Source of the DNA: a virus
Lineage: Duplodnaviria; Caudoviricetes
DNA: 24,914 nucleotides
IMG/VR virus record: IMGVR_UViG_3300025571_000022
Span: 1 to 24,914 of that record
Strand: one strand, 5' to 3'
Made by a program: the position numbers and the translations under genes. The notes beneath the pieces were generated by a model, which was not told the origin of the DNA, made no database searches, and was given only the letters and a program-made list of their open reading frames with translations. Shown one piece after another: positions 1 through 7,529 of this stretch; position 1 is the first letter of the stretch; every line of letters begins with the position of its first letter.

Positions 1-2
1 TT

Positions 3-509
3 GAAGGTGTATCTTACATTCCGCTTCGTGCGGCGGGCGAACTTTTTGGCGCGCAAGTCTCGTGGCTGGACGGTGAAATAATCATGGAGAAGATAAACGA
101 AAATGTAGGTGTATTACCCCCAACCGCTGAAGAAATGGCGGAGGTTGCACGGATCGAACAGGAGCGATTGGACAGGGAAGCACAACAGAGAAATGAAATT
201 GACAGGCAAATCAATCAGTTGCAAAGTGAAATCAAGACCAAAATTATACGCAAACAAGCGGATATCTCCGCCAAGAAAGCAACCATTAAGGAAATCGAGG
301 AAAAAATCGAGGAAAACCCTGAATATATATCTGTTGAGGGGCCTGTTCGCTACAAAGATACACCGCAGTACCAACGGGATTTAGAACGGACTGCACAACT
401 TAAATCGGAAATCGAAGCAATCCAAAGTGAAATTGATGCTCTCGAAGCCGAACTCGCCGAACTCGATCAGCAAAAAGCCGAGCTTGAACAACAACTCGAA
501 ACGCCCTAA
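3..509 (+). CDS. Stalk (copper amine oxidase N-terminal-like) domain protein with coiled-coil C-terminus; 5'-truncated by window edge
   Basis: Frame of ORF 84..509 stays open to the window start and reads EGVSYIPLRAAGELFGAQVSWLDG, resembling the stalk-domain 'YxPLR..E..G..V.W' motif; heptad-rich C-terminus. Confidence 0.7.
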   Translation, partial: EGVSYIPLRAAGELFGAQVSWLDGEIIMEKINENVGVLPPTAEEMAEVARIEQERLDREAQQRNEIDRQINQLQSEIKTKIIRKQADISAKKATIKEIEEKIEENPEYISVEGPVRYKDTPQYQRDLERTAQLKSEIEAIQSEIDALEAELAELDQQKAELEQQLETP

Positions 510-524
510 TCCGGGGCGTTTTCT
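499..524 (+). terminator. Intrinsic terminator between convergent genes
   Basis: AACGCCC-loop-GGGCGTT followed by T-run. Confidence 0.6.
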
Positions 525-527
525 TAT

Positions 528-860
528 TCACAAAAACGGTCTGCCTTCTGGCTTAATTCGGTATTCGCCAGGTGGCAAACGATCATTGTCATATCGTCCC
601 ACCTCAATATATCCTTTTTTTCCGAGGTCGCGGATATAGCGCCCATTATATATACAGGCAAAGATGATCCAAGGGATGATTATTCCGACGAAATATGTGA
701 TAAGGGCGACGAGACCATTGGTTATGAACATCACAAAGAACCATTTCAGGTCTCCGCGAAATAACGGGACGAAGGCTCCGAAGAAGAGCGTGGTCCATGA
801 GAATCCCTTTTTAACTACGATCTCATGCCCGCTCTGATAATGCCGAAGAACAACCTTCAT
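528..860 (-). CDS. DUF2628-like small membrane protein (moron)
   Basis: GFSWTTLFFGAFVPLFRGD motif plus hydrophobic helices; ATG at 860 after AAAGGTGA; lower GC; opposite to the tail operon. Confidence 0.7.
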   Translation of the reverse strand: MKVVLRHYQSGHEIVVKKGFSWTTLFFGAFVPLFRGDLKWFFVMFITNGLVALITYFVGIIIPWIIFACIYNGRYIRDLGKKGYIEVGRYDNDRLPPGEYRIKPEGRPFL

Positions 861-927
861 GGCTATCACCTTTGAAACGATTTTCCCACATTTTACACAA
901 TAATTTGACGGTTGAATAGTTTTTTCA

Positions 928-952
928 ACCCTCCTATCGCGGAGGGTTTTAT
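928..952 (+). terminator. Hairpin/terminator
   Basis: ACCCTCC-TATCGC-GGAGGGT then TTTATT. Confidence 0.5.
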
Positions 953-976
953 TATTGCCAAATATGGAGGTGCGAC

Positions 977-1201
977 ATGCCTAAAATCACACCCTTTATC
1001 CGGGCCGAGATCGACCTGTCCCAGCAGCCCGTGCAGGAACTATGTGACGTGATCGCGGCGGTGTTGCAGGGGTATCCGGGGCGGGAGCGGGAAATCCTTG
1101 TGAAGTTGCGTGACGCAATCGACGGACATTTGAGAGCGCTCGAAAAGGAGGCAGAACAACGTGGCGCAAATCGAATTGCTGCAGCCGACCGAAAAGATTA
1201 A
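977..1201 (+). CDS. Hypothetical phage protein, 74 aa
   Basis: GGAGGTG RBS; ORF. Confidence 0.7.
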   Translation: MPKITPFIRAEIDLSQQPVQELCDVIAAVLQGYPGREREILVKLRDAIDGHLRALEKEAEQRGANRIAAADRKD

Positions 1202-1697
1202 AGATTCCTACGGCAAAATCAACACCAGCCTGACAAACCTGAACAATGATAAGCTTGAAAAGTCTGGCGACACAATGACGGGGCTCTTGACCGCTTTGGG
1301 CGGCATCGACCTTGAAGTGACCTCTTTGCCGACCGGGAAGGTCGGCAGGATGCACGCGAACGGTGCCACAAAGCAGGTGTACTATCACGACGATGTGAAT
1401 TGGCGCGAGATGTGGCACAACGGCAACAACCCGGCCAGCGTCGCAGCTAACGGGTACCAAGTATTGGCTAGCGGGCTGATCGTCCAATGGGGGTTTGCCA
1501 CGGTAGCCGGAAACAACGTCGGAACGCCGATCACCTACCCGATCACTTTTCCGAACGTCGTCGCAAATGTACTCACAGTCCCGCGAGCGAATATAGGGGT
1601 CGCTGCCAGTCCAGAAAACCCTACGACGAGCGGGTTTACCTGTTATCAAGGACACTCGACGGATCTCACAGTCCACTGGATCGCGATTGGATGGTGA
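1161..1697 (+). CDS. Short tail fibre/receptor-binding protein (gp53-like C-terminal domain)
   Basis: AAGGAGG RBS; KSGDTMTG and NGYQVLASGLIVQWG...ITYPITFPN...VHWIAIGW tail-fibre motifs. Confidence 0.8.
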   Translation: MAQIELLQPTEKIKDSYGKINTSLTNLNNDKLEKSGDTMTGLLTALGGIDLEVTSLPTGKVGRMHANGATKQVYYHDDVNWREMWHNGNNPASVAANGYQVLASGLIVQWGFATVAGNNVGTPITYPITFPNVVANVLTVPRANIGVAASPENPTTSGFTCYQGHSTDLTVHWIAIGW

Positions 1698-1702
1698 AGA
1701 AA

Positions 1703-2065
1703 ATGCAGGAGCAATATTATGTCGAATTCGATGAGACCGGCAACATCTCCGGTTTTTATGTTGACACAATCCACGTTGACATCCCCGCGAGCGCCGTCCC
1801 TATCACGCAGGAACAGTGGGAGACGTACTCCGCCGCGCCGCACCGATACAAACTCGATGGCGAGACGATCCGGGAGAAGACGCAGCAGGAGATTGACGAC
1901 GAGATTGCAGCACGGCCGCCGGTGCCGAAGTCACGGACGGAACTGCTGGAGGAAGAAAACGCCCTGCTCGCCCTAGAACTCGCACAGACACAGCTCAGGC
2001 TCGATCAGGCCGAACAAGAGCAAGCCGCACTGCTCTTGGAACTCGTCAATAAGGGGGTGCTGTAA
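1703..2065 (+). CDS. Tail fibre assembly/XkdW-like protein
   Basis: Follows tail fibre; YYVEFDETGNISGFY N-terminus and coiled-coil C-terminus; start reassigned to ATG 1703. Confidence 0.65.
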   Translation: MQEQYYVEFDETGNISGFYVDTIHVDIPASAVPITQEQWETYSAAPHRYKLDGETIREKTQQEIDDEIAARPPVPKSRTELLEEENALLALELAQTQLRLDQAEQEQAALLLELVNKGVL

Positions 2066-2212
2066 GTGGACTGGTATGCAATCGTAAAGCGTCACTATGA
2101 CGCCGGGCGTTACAATGACGCACAGGTCGCCGTGTTTGTCACGGCGGGCAAGATCACGCCGGAGCAGTATCAAGCCATTACAGGAACGGAGTATCAGGGC
2201 TCTGCCGAATAG
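2066..2212 (+). CDS. XkdX-family protein, 48 aa (absent from ORF track)
   Basis: MDWYAIVKRHYDAGRYNDAQVAVFVTAGKITPEQYQAITG, XkdX signature; GGGGGTG RBS. Confidence 0.85.
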   Translation: MDWYAIVKRHYDAGRYNDAQVAVFVTAGKITPEQYQAITGTEYQGSAE

Positions 2213-2225
2213 GCGGGGCCTTTTT
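2196..2225 (+). terminator. Intrinsic terminator
   Basis: GGCTCTGCC-GAATA-GGCGGGGCC then TTTTT. Confidence 0.6.
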
Positions 2226-2242
2226 GTATTGGAGGGGATAAC

Positions 2243-2644
2243 GTGGAAAACTGGGTCAAACCTGTTGTAGCTGTGAGCGGCGCGGCCGCCTCTTATCTTT
2301 TCGGGGGGTGGTCGTCGTTGCTTTCGATTCTGCTGACGTTTGTTGTGTTGGATTATGTGACCGGGTTCGCAGCCGCCGCAAAAGAAGGAAGGCTGAACAG
2401 CGAAGTCGGCCTCTGGGGCATCGCGCGGAAGGTGGCGATCTTCGCGGTTGTGGCCGTGGCGCACCTGGTCGACTCGGCACTTGGCGACGCGCATCTCTTC
2501 CGGGATGCGGCGGTGTTTTTCTATCTGGCCAACGAGCTGCTGAGCATCACAGAAAATCTCGGCCGTGTTGGTGCGCCGATCCCGCCGGCTGTTCAAAGGG
2601 CGGTCGAGATCCTGCGCGGGAAGTCGGAGGGGGACCGGCCATGA
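2243..2644 (+). CDS. Phage holin (toxin secretion/phage lysis holin family)
   Basis: LFGGW...DYVTG...LNSEVG..GIARK...FFYLANELLSITENLGRVG signature; TM helices; upstream of lysin. Confidence 0.92.
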   Translation: MENWVKPVVAVSGAAASYLFGGWSSLLSILLTFVVLDYVTGFAAAAKEGRLNSEVGLWGIARKVAIFAVVAVAHLVDSALGDAHLFRDAAVFFYLANELLSITENLGRVGAPIPPAVQRAVEILRGKSEGDRP

Positions 2645-3306
2645 GCGCGGCATCTTTCATCGCCCAAATCGCCCCGATCGCCGTCCAACTGCGCATTGAA
2701 GGATCGCCGATCTTCCCGTCGGTCCGGATCGCGCAGGCGGGGCTGGAGACCGGCTGGAAAATCCCGGCCTGGAACAACCTCGGCGGCTACAAGGTCGGCA
2801 GCGGCAAGCTCACACCGTACTGGCGCGGCAAGGTCGTCAATAAAGGCACATGGGAAGTGTACGACGGCGAGCGCGTGGATGTGACGGCCGCATTCCGGGC
2901 GTATGACAGCGTGGAGGATTTCTTCCGGGATCAAGACCTGCTCTTCCAACTCCCGCGCTATGAGCGCGTGCGGACGGCGAAGACGCCCGAGGAGCAGGCC
3001 GAAGCGCTCCGGCTCTGTGGCTATGCCACGGATCCGGAATACGGTCTCAAGCTGTGCAACATCATCAGCATGTACCGGCTGGAAAAATACGACGAGGAGG
3101 CATGGAAGGTGCTCCAGGAGATCAAGGATCTGAAAAGGAAAGTCGAAGAGCTCGAGAAGCAGCAGGAACGCATCCCGGCGCCGGCGTGGTTCGTCCAGCA
3201 GTTCGGCAGTGCCGATCTCGGCGGCCTGATCAGCGATCCGCATTTCAGCCTCGAGGGCTGGCGGACGCTGGCCGTGGCGCTGCGGGCGCAGAAGGCCCAG
3301 AAATGA
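2641..3306 (+). CDS. Endolysin, GH73 glucosaminidase
   Basis: AQAGLETGW, NNLGGYK, FRAYDS, GYATDPEY motifs; ATG 2641 overlaps the holin stop. Confidence 0.9.
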   Translation: MSAASFIAQIAPIAVQLRIEGSPIFPSVRIAQAGLETGWKIPAWNNLGGYKVGSGKLTPYWRGKVVNKGTWEVYDGERVDVTAAFRAYDSVEDFFRDQDLLFQLPRYERVRTAKTPEEQAEALRLCGYATDPEYGLKLCNIISMYRLEKYDEEAWKVLQEIKDLKRKVEELEKQQERIPAPAWFVQQFGSADLGGLISDPHFSLEGWRTLAVALRAQKAQK

Positions 3307-3309
3307 GCG

Positions 3310-3345
3310 ATCCCCGCTCAGCTATGCGCTGGGCGGGGATTATTT
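3310..3345. terminator. Terminator hairpin between lysin and the convergent accessory operon
   Basis: ATCCCCGCTCAGC-TATGC-GCTGGGCGGGGAT. Confidence 0.7.
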
Positions 3346-3347
3346 GC

Positions 3348-3545
3348 TTACAGACCTTTTTGCTGTTTATACCGTCGAACCTCATCCAGATCCCACATCG
3401 GCCCCTTCGGCGTGATGGTGACGGGGCGTGGAAAGTTTGAGCGCGAGCGCGGGGACTGCATCCGTTTCCATCGGTCGTAGATCGCCCCGCGCGTGACGCC
3501 CAGAATCTCCGCCACCGCCTGGTATCCGCCAAGGGGCCGATTCAC
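3348..3545 (-). CDS. Small HTH DNA-binding protein (AlpA/excisionase-like fold)
   Basis: GYQAVAEILGVTRGAIYDRW...FPRP...PMWDLDEV. Confidence 0.75.
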   Translation of the reverse strand: MNRPLGGYQAVAEILGVTRGAIYDRWKRMQSPRSRSNFPRPVTITPKGPMWDLDEVRRYKQQKGL

Positions 3546-4081
3546 TCCCCCGAGGGTTCCACCCGGATGCTCAGGCGGTCCGGGAACGCGCTTGCCACCT
3601 CAATACCTCTGTCGCGGAGCCGCTGCTCGAGCTCGATCGCATTCGCCGGCGTCTTGAGCCGGATTTGCCGTGCCGGAAACGTCCGTTCAGCCTGTTTGCC
3701 ATAAATGCTGCCCTTCGTGTCAGCGAATACCGGCGAGATGTCGTCCTCGGTCAGCCCATACTCCGCCACCAGCTCGTCCCATTCCTGCGCCGTGATCGGC
3801 CGGCCCAGCTCCACCGGGTACCCTCCGCGCGGAATCAGACCGCAGATCCAATATTGCCACGCGCCGGCCGGGCGGTACCAGTCCTCACCAATTTTTTTCC
3901 TGTACGGCTGGAGGTCTTTCTCCTGCAGGTTGACGATCTCTTGATTCATCCGCGTGTAGGTGTTGATTTTGAACCATTCACCGCCGATCCTGATGATGAC
4001 GTGGTTGGGGAGTGCCGGATCATACACCATTTCGTCGACGACCAGCTTGCCGTTGACATATTCGAGAATTGGCACGATCAA
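3542..4081 (-). CDS. Hypothetical protein, 179 aa
   Basis: TTG start after GAAAGGA; stop overlaps next start. Confidence 0.75.
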   Translation of the reverse strand: MIVPILEYVNGKLVVDEMVYDPALPNHVIIRIGGEWFKINTYTRMNQEIVNLQEKDLQPYRKKIGEDWYRPAGAWQYWICGLIPRGGYPVELGRPITAQEWDELVAEYGLTEDDISPVFADTKGSIYGKQAERTFPARQIRLKTPANAIELEQRLRDRGIEVASAFPDRLSIRVEPSGE

Positions 4082-4110
4082 TCATCCTTTCTATGTGGAT
4101 TCCTGCCTTC

Positions 4111-4175
4111 GCAGGTTGAGCGGAGGCCGCTTGATGCGGCCGCGCCGGGATTCTCGGCGCTCTCCCTAGCCCTGC
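4111..4175 (-). ncRNA. Twister-sister-like self-cleaving ribozyme (three-way junction)
   Basis: Minus strand: GCAGG GCUAG GGA GA GCGCCG-AGAAUCC-CGGCGC GGCCGC-AUCAA-GCGGCC UCC GCUCA A CCUGC; all stems pair; GCNAG and GCUCA internal-loop strands; predicted cut C4118/A4117. Confidence 0.75.
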
Positions 4176-4180
4176 TGGGT

Positions 4181-4438
4181 TCATCTGATTTCCCATGCGC
4201 CATCCACAAACTCACAGTGCGGATATCCATCTTCAAACTTTTTGACCATTTCCCGCGTATTCTCAATGGAATACGTTTTGTTCATCTCTTCCATGACCTC
4301 GACGGCCTTTTCGAGGTCGGGAAGGTGGAGAGATTCCAAGGCCGGTCGCATGGTCTTGATGAAGGGTGAGCGGTACTTAGTCTTTCGAATGAATTCATCC
4401 GCCAACTCATTGAATTTTTGGATCAGCTTTTCTTTCAT
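4181..4438 (-). CDS. Hypothetical protein, about 85 aa, flanked by two ribozymes
   Basis: GGAGG 9 nt upstream of ATG 4438; lower GC than neighbours. Confidence 0.75.
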   Translation of the reverse strand: MKEKLIQKFNELADEFIRKTKYRSPFIKTMRPALESLHLPDLEKAVEVMEEMNKTYSIENTREMVKKFEDGYPHCEFVDGAWEIR

Positions 4439-4466
4439 TCGAATCATCCTCCCATGGTTTTTGTTG

Positions 4467-4531
4467 CGGCTTCCCGCGACCGCCCTGCGGGGCGGTTTCG
4501 GCCCGGAGCCGCCGGGCCATCGTCAGGCGGG
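4467..4531 (-). ncRNA. Type I hammerhead ribozyme with loop II/3'-tail pseudoknot
   Basis: Minus strand: CCCGC CUGACGA U GGCCCGG-CGGCU-CCGGGCC GAAA CCGCCC-CGCA-GGGCGG UC^ GCGGG A AGCCG; intact core, GUC triplet (cut 4478/4477); loop CGGCU complementary to downstream AGCCG. Confidence 0.92.
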
Positions 4532-4912
4532 GTTGTTAATCTCAACTCCGCGCCGCCGAAGCTCCATGATCAGCTCGTCCGTGCTGTACTTCGCTAGCGG
4601 CAATTCTTGCTCCTTCTGGCGACCTTCCCAGTGCTCGAAGGCCTGAACCTTGTCGACCTCCAGCAGGTTGCCGTCCTGCTGAACGATATACAGGTCGTTG
4701 CTGGTGTGCCCGCCCCGGTGATCCCGTTGGCCGCTGGCGACGATGTCACCGGGCTCGCACTTGATGTACACCACGCCACCGCGATCGTCACCGAGGTATG
4801 CGCCGGCGGAGAAATCATACACCGGCTTCGCGCCCTCGAACTTCACCAGCGCGCCCCACGGTTTGCCGTACCGCCGCGAGTTGTATGCCGGATACTTGAT
4901 TTGGACTCTCAT
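4523..4912 (-). CDS. Hypothetical protein, about 129 aa; first gene of ribozyme operon
   Basis: AGGAGA RBS 8 nt before ATG 4912; its TGA lies in the hammerhead CUGA core. Confidence 0.75.
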   Translation of the reverse strand: MRVQIKYPAYNSRRYGKPWGALVKFEGAKPVYDFSAGAYLGDDRGGVVYIKCEPGDIVASGQRDHRGGHTSNDLYIVQQDGNLLEVDKVQAFEHWEGRQKEQELPLAKYSTDELIMELRRRGVEINNPA

Positions 4913-4946
4913 CTTGATCATCTCCTGTTCCGTTCTTCTTGTCTCC

Positions 4947-4978
4947 ATTATACAGATAACCCTATACGGTGTATAGGG
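4947..4978 (-). promoter_or_regulatory. SigA-type promoter with palindromic operator over the -35
   Basis: -10 TATAAT (4952-4947), 17 bp spacer, -35 TATACA (4975-4970); inverted repeat CCCTATAC-GGT-GTATAGGG at 4960-4978. Confidence 0.65.
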
Positions 4979-5048
4979 GAACAAACTGTCGAATATACGA
5001 ACAAATTGTTACAAACATGTGAACAAAATCGAGCCAAGGACGCATCTC

Positions 5049-5057
5049 TGATATAAT
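5049..5057 (+). promoter_or_regulatory. Extended -10 promoter for the small Cys-rich gene
   Basis: TG-A-TATAAT. Confidence 0.55.
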
Positions 5058-5117
5058 CGCATCAGGGCCGTCGAGCGGAAGCACCGCCGCGGCCTCTTTG
5101 CGTTGGAGGTGGTCAGC

Positions 5118-5300
5118 ATGCGACCCTATCTCGGACCGATCCCGACGTGCCGCTGCATGACGCTCATGCGTGCCAGGTGGACCCGCGACCGCTGGCCGCA
5201 GGCGTATGTCTGCACCCGGTGCGGGCGGCCGGTGCCGGGGTATGAGGGGCTTTGGCTCAGGCGGCAGCGGGCGATCGAAAAAGGAGAGCAGCAGGCATGA
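5118..5300 (+). CDS. Small Cys-rich protein, 60 aa; candidate recombination directionality factor
   Basis: GGAGGTGG RBS; CxC and CxxC motifs; converges on attP opposite the integrase (function inferred from position). Confidence 0.55.
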   Translation: MRPYLGPIPTCRCMTLMRARWTRDRWPQAYVCTRCGRPVPGYEGLWLRRQRAIEKGEQQA

Positions 5301-5322
5301 GCCCGGCTGCTCTCCTATTTTT
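5278..5322. terminator. Bidirectional terminator
   Basis: A-run, AGGAGAGCAGC...GCTGCTCTCCT, then ATTTTT. Confidence 0.7.
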
Positions 5323-5327
5323 CTTGT

Positions 5328-5377
5328 GTACGTGCCTACGTATAGACCATTGAGCCGGCATATACGCAGGAGCGTAC
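5328..5377. other. Candidate attP site
   Basis: 50-bp imperfect inverted repeat GTACGTGCCTACGTATA-N16-TATACGCAGGAGCGTAC (14/17 paired) abutting the integrase stop; central dinucleotide GA at 5352-5353. Confidence 0.75.
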
Positions 5378-6786
5378 TATGCCAATATTATCTGTATGAT
5401 GGACCATGCGGCATCTTTACGAATCGTTATCGATTTGAATAAAGACTGAACGACTTGCTTTCGGGTTGTTTGACTGAGCATGTCCCAGTTTTTCTCCAGC
5501 TGATTCAACGCCTCTCGCGCATCGTCTGCCGAAATGGAGGAGGGTGTAGCCGTCGGAAGTTCGGTTAGTCTCTTTTCCAACTCGGCTGCTCGCTCCATTT
5601 CTTCCCTCATGAGCTTCGCGAAATCCTCATATGGCATGTTGCCGTCGCCAAAAGCCATCTGCCATCGATTACGACGCATCTCGCTCTGTTTGAGTTGACG
5701 AAGGATCTCGTCGCGTTCGGTCGAGGATTCCTGTTGATCGTCCCAGGATAAAAGCTCGGGGATCAGGTGGGTTGAGTTAAAAAGCAGCTTTGTTAAGTTT
5801 CGCTCAGAAATGCCGGATTGATCGCATGTCCCGTACTTCGCATTGTTCGTGCATTCATACCCGCGATATAACTGGTTTCCGCGCTTCTTGTTGTATTTGC
5901 CTTTATAATTCCCTCCGCATTTCCCGCATCGTATGATGCCGCTAAAGACATAATCATACGATGTTTTGGATGCCATTCCAGCTTTTCGCCGTTCCAGGAG
6001 TCGTTGCGCGGCTTCGAAAGTTTCAACGGATATGATCGGTTCGTGGCTTCCGTTAACTATGATCCGTTCATCGTCAGATTTGCTCGCGTCCTTCCAATGT
6101 ACCCGGCCGATATAGTGCCAGTTCGTCAGTGTCATCATAACCTTATGTTGATCCCATTTTGCGCCGCGGTTCCTTCTCACGCCCATCTCATTTAAGCGCT
6201 TGGCTATGTTCGTTGATCCTATCCCTGCAAGATATTGTTCAAATATCCAACGTACCCATTTGGCCTCGGAGGGCTTCACGATCAGTTTCCCGTCTTCCGT
6301 TCTCTCGTATCCGAATAGGGGGACAGTAATGTTATGCAGCCCTTTCTTTGCTCTCGTGCTCATGCCCTTTTTGACTTCCTCACTTAAATTTTCTCGGTAC
6401 CATTGGGCGATGATCCCGAGCATGAAAACAAACATCCGACCCATGGCCGAAGATGTGTCGATGTGTTCTGTTACGGATATAAACTTTACATTGTGCTTTT
6501 CGAATAGCTTCATAAGCTTGTGGAGATCGCCGACATTTCGTGTTAAACGGTCCAATTTATGAACCACGACTGCATCAATATTTCCCCGCTCGATCTCCGC
6601 AATGAGTTTCTGAATACCGGGACGTTTCAGATTTTTGCCGGAATAACCGGGGTCATCAAAATATCCAACAAGCGTCCAGCCTTCCTCCTGAATGCGTTTC
6701 AAGTTCCTTTCGCGTTGGGCATCCAACGAATGCCCTTCGCTGGCTTGCTCTTCGGTGCTGACCCGTCCGTACCCTACTGCTCTCAC
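5377..6786 (-). CDS. Large serine recombinase (phage integrase)
   Basis: YGRVST catalytic Ser, DRLTR, recombinase domain, CGKC...C...C zinc ribbon, coiled coil. Confidence 0.96.
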   Translation of the reverse strand: MRAVGYGRVSTEEQASEGHSLDAQRERNLKRIQEEGWTLVGYFDDPGYSGKNLKRPGIQKLIAEIERGNIDAVVVHKLDRLTRNVGDLHKLMKLFEKHNVKFISVTEHIDTSSAMGRMFVFMLGIIAQWYRENLSEEVKKGMSTRAKKGLHNITVPLFGYERTEDGKLIVKPSEAKWVRWIFEQYLAGIGSTNIAKRLNEMGVRRNRGAKWDQHKVMMTLTNWHYIGRVHWKDASKSDDERIIVNGSHEPIISVETFEAAQRLLERRKAGMASKTSYDYVFSGIIRCGKCGGNYKGKYNKKRGNQLYRGYECTNNAKYGTCDQSGISERNLTKLLFNSTHLIPELLSWDDQQESSTERDEILRQLKQSEMRRNRWQMAFGDGNMPYEDFAKLMREEMERAAELEKRLTELPTATPSSISADDAREALNQLEKNWDMLSQTTRKQVVQSLFKSITIRKDAAWSIIQIILA

Positions 6787-6790
6787 AACC

Positions 6791-7402
6791 TCACGCCTCC
6801 TTCTCCGGTCTGAAATGACCCAAATATACGCCGCATATCGTCATTTGATTGGGTTGGACCTCAATGGCTTCGTAACTGTCGTTAGCCGGTTCCAGTCTGA
6901 TCATTGGGGATTCAAGGGACCAGCGGATCCTTTTTAATGTCCCTTCTTCCTGATCATTGATAAGGGCCGCTACAATTTGCCCGTTGTAGTCGGCCCAGGA
7001 TGCTTTTTTGAAATATACTATGTCGCCATCTTCTATCCCAGCACCGATCATGCTATCGCCCTTGACTCGAAGTGCAAAATCCGGCTGCCGTTTCCCCATC
7101 AACGGATATCTTACGTACTCCTCAATATTCTGCTCCGCGAGCAAACCATCGCCCGCGCATATCGTCCCAACAACTGGTATCTCTTCCGAAGATCGTCCGA
7201 TCCCTAATATGCGCTCAATCGTGGTGTCCAAAGCATCCGCATAAAGACCGACATCGTTTATAGGAAACTCTCTTTGCCCGTTTTCATATCTGGATAGTGT
7301 GGATTTAGCCACGCCAACTCTTCGTGCTAGATCATCAAGCGACCAGCCTTTGGCTTCGCGCAATTTCTTGATTTCCCAAATGACTTCCTTCGAACTTCTC
7401 AA
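6791..7402 (-). CDS. CI-like repressor (XRE HTH plus S24 autopeptidase), about 203 aa
   Basis: TTG start after GAGGTG; HTH SLDDLARRVGVAKSTLSRYENG; CAG cleavage site, GDSM Ser, TLKR Lys. Confidence 0.93.
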   Translation of the reverse strand: MRSSKEVIWEIKKLREAKGWSLDDLARRVGVAKSTLSRYENGQREFPINDVGLYADALDTTIERILGIGRSSEEIPVVGTICAGDGLLAEQNIEEYVRYPLMGKRQPDFALRVKGDSMIGAGIEDGDIVYFKKASWADYNGQIVAALINDQEEGTLKRIRWSLESPMIRLEPANDSYEAIEVQPNQMTICGVYLGHFRPEKEA

Positions 7403-7421
7403 TTTGATCACCTCGGGAACA

Positions 7422-7505
7422 ATTTTAACATAAGTGTTCCAAATAGGCAACAAAAATATGCGATTGAATTTTGTCGTTGACAAATGGGAACAAAAGCGAT
7501 AAGAT
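7422..7505. promoter_or_regulatory. Divergent promoters with operators TGTTCCC-N4-GGGAACA
   Basis: Rightward TTGACA(7477-82)-17-TAAGAT(7500-05); leftward TTGCCT(7450-45)-17-TAAAAT with TG; operator-like sites 7435-7452 and 7475-7492 overlap the -35 boxes. Confidence 0.8.
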
Positions 7506-7529
7506 AGGCTCACAAGGAGGTGAACGGAT

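Noticed and set aside
2308-2640. N-terminal extension of the endolysin ORF
   Set aside because: Overlaps the holin; real start is ATG 2641 after GGAGGGG
4979-5030. LexA/Cheo boxes from repeated GAACAAA
   Set aside because: None completes GAAC-N4-GTTC
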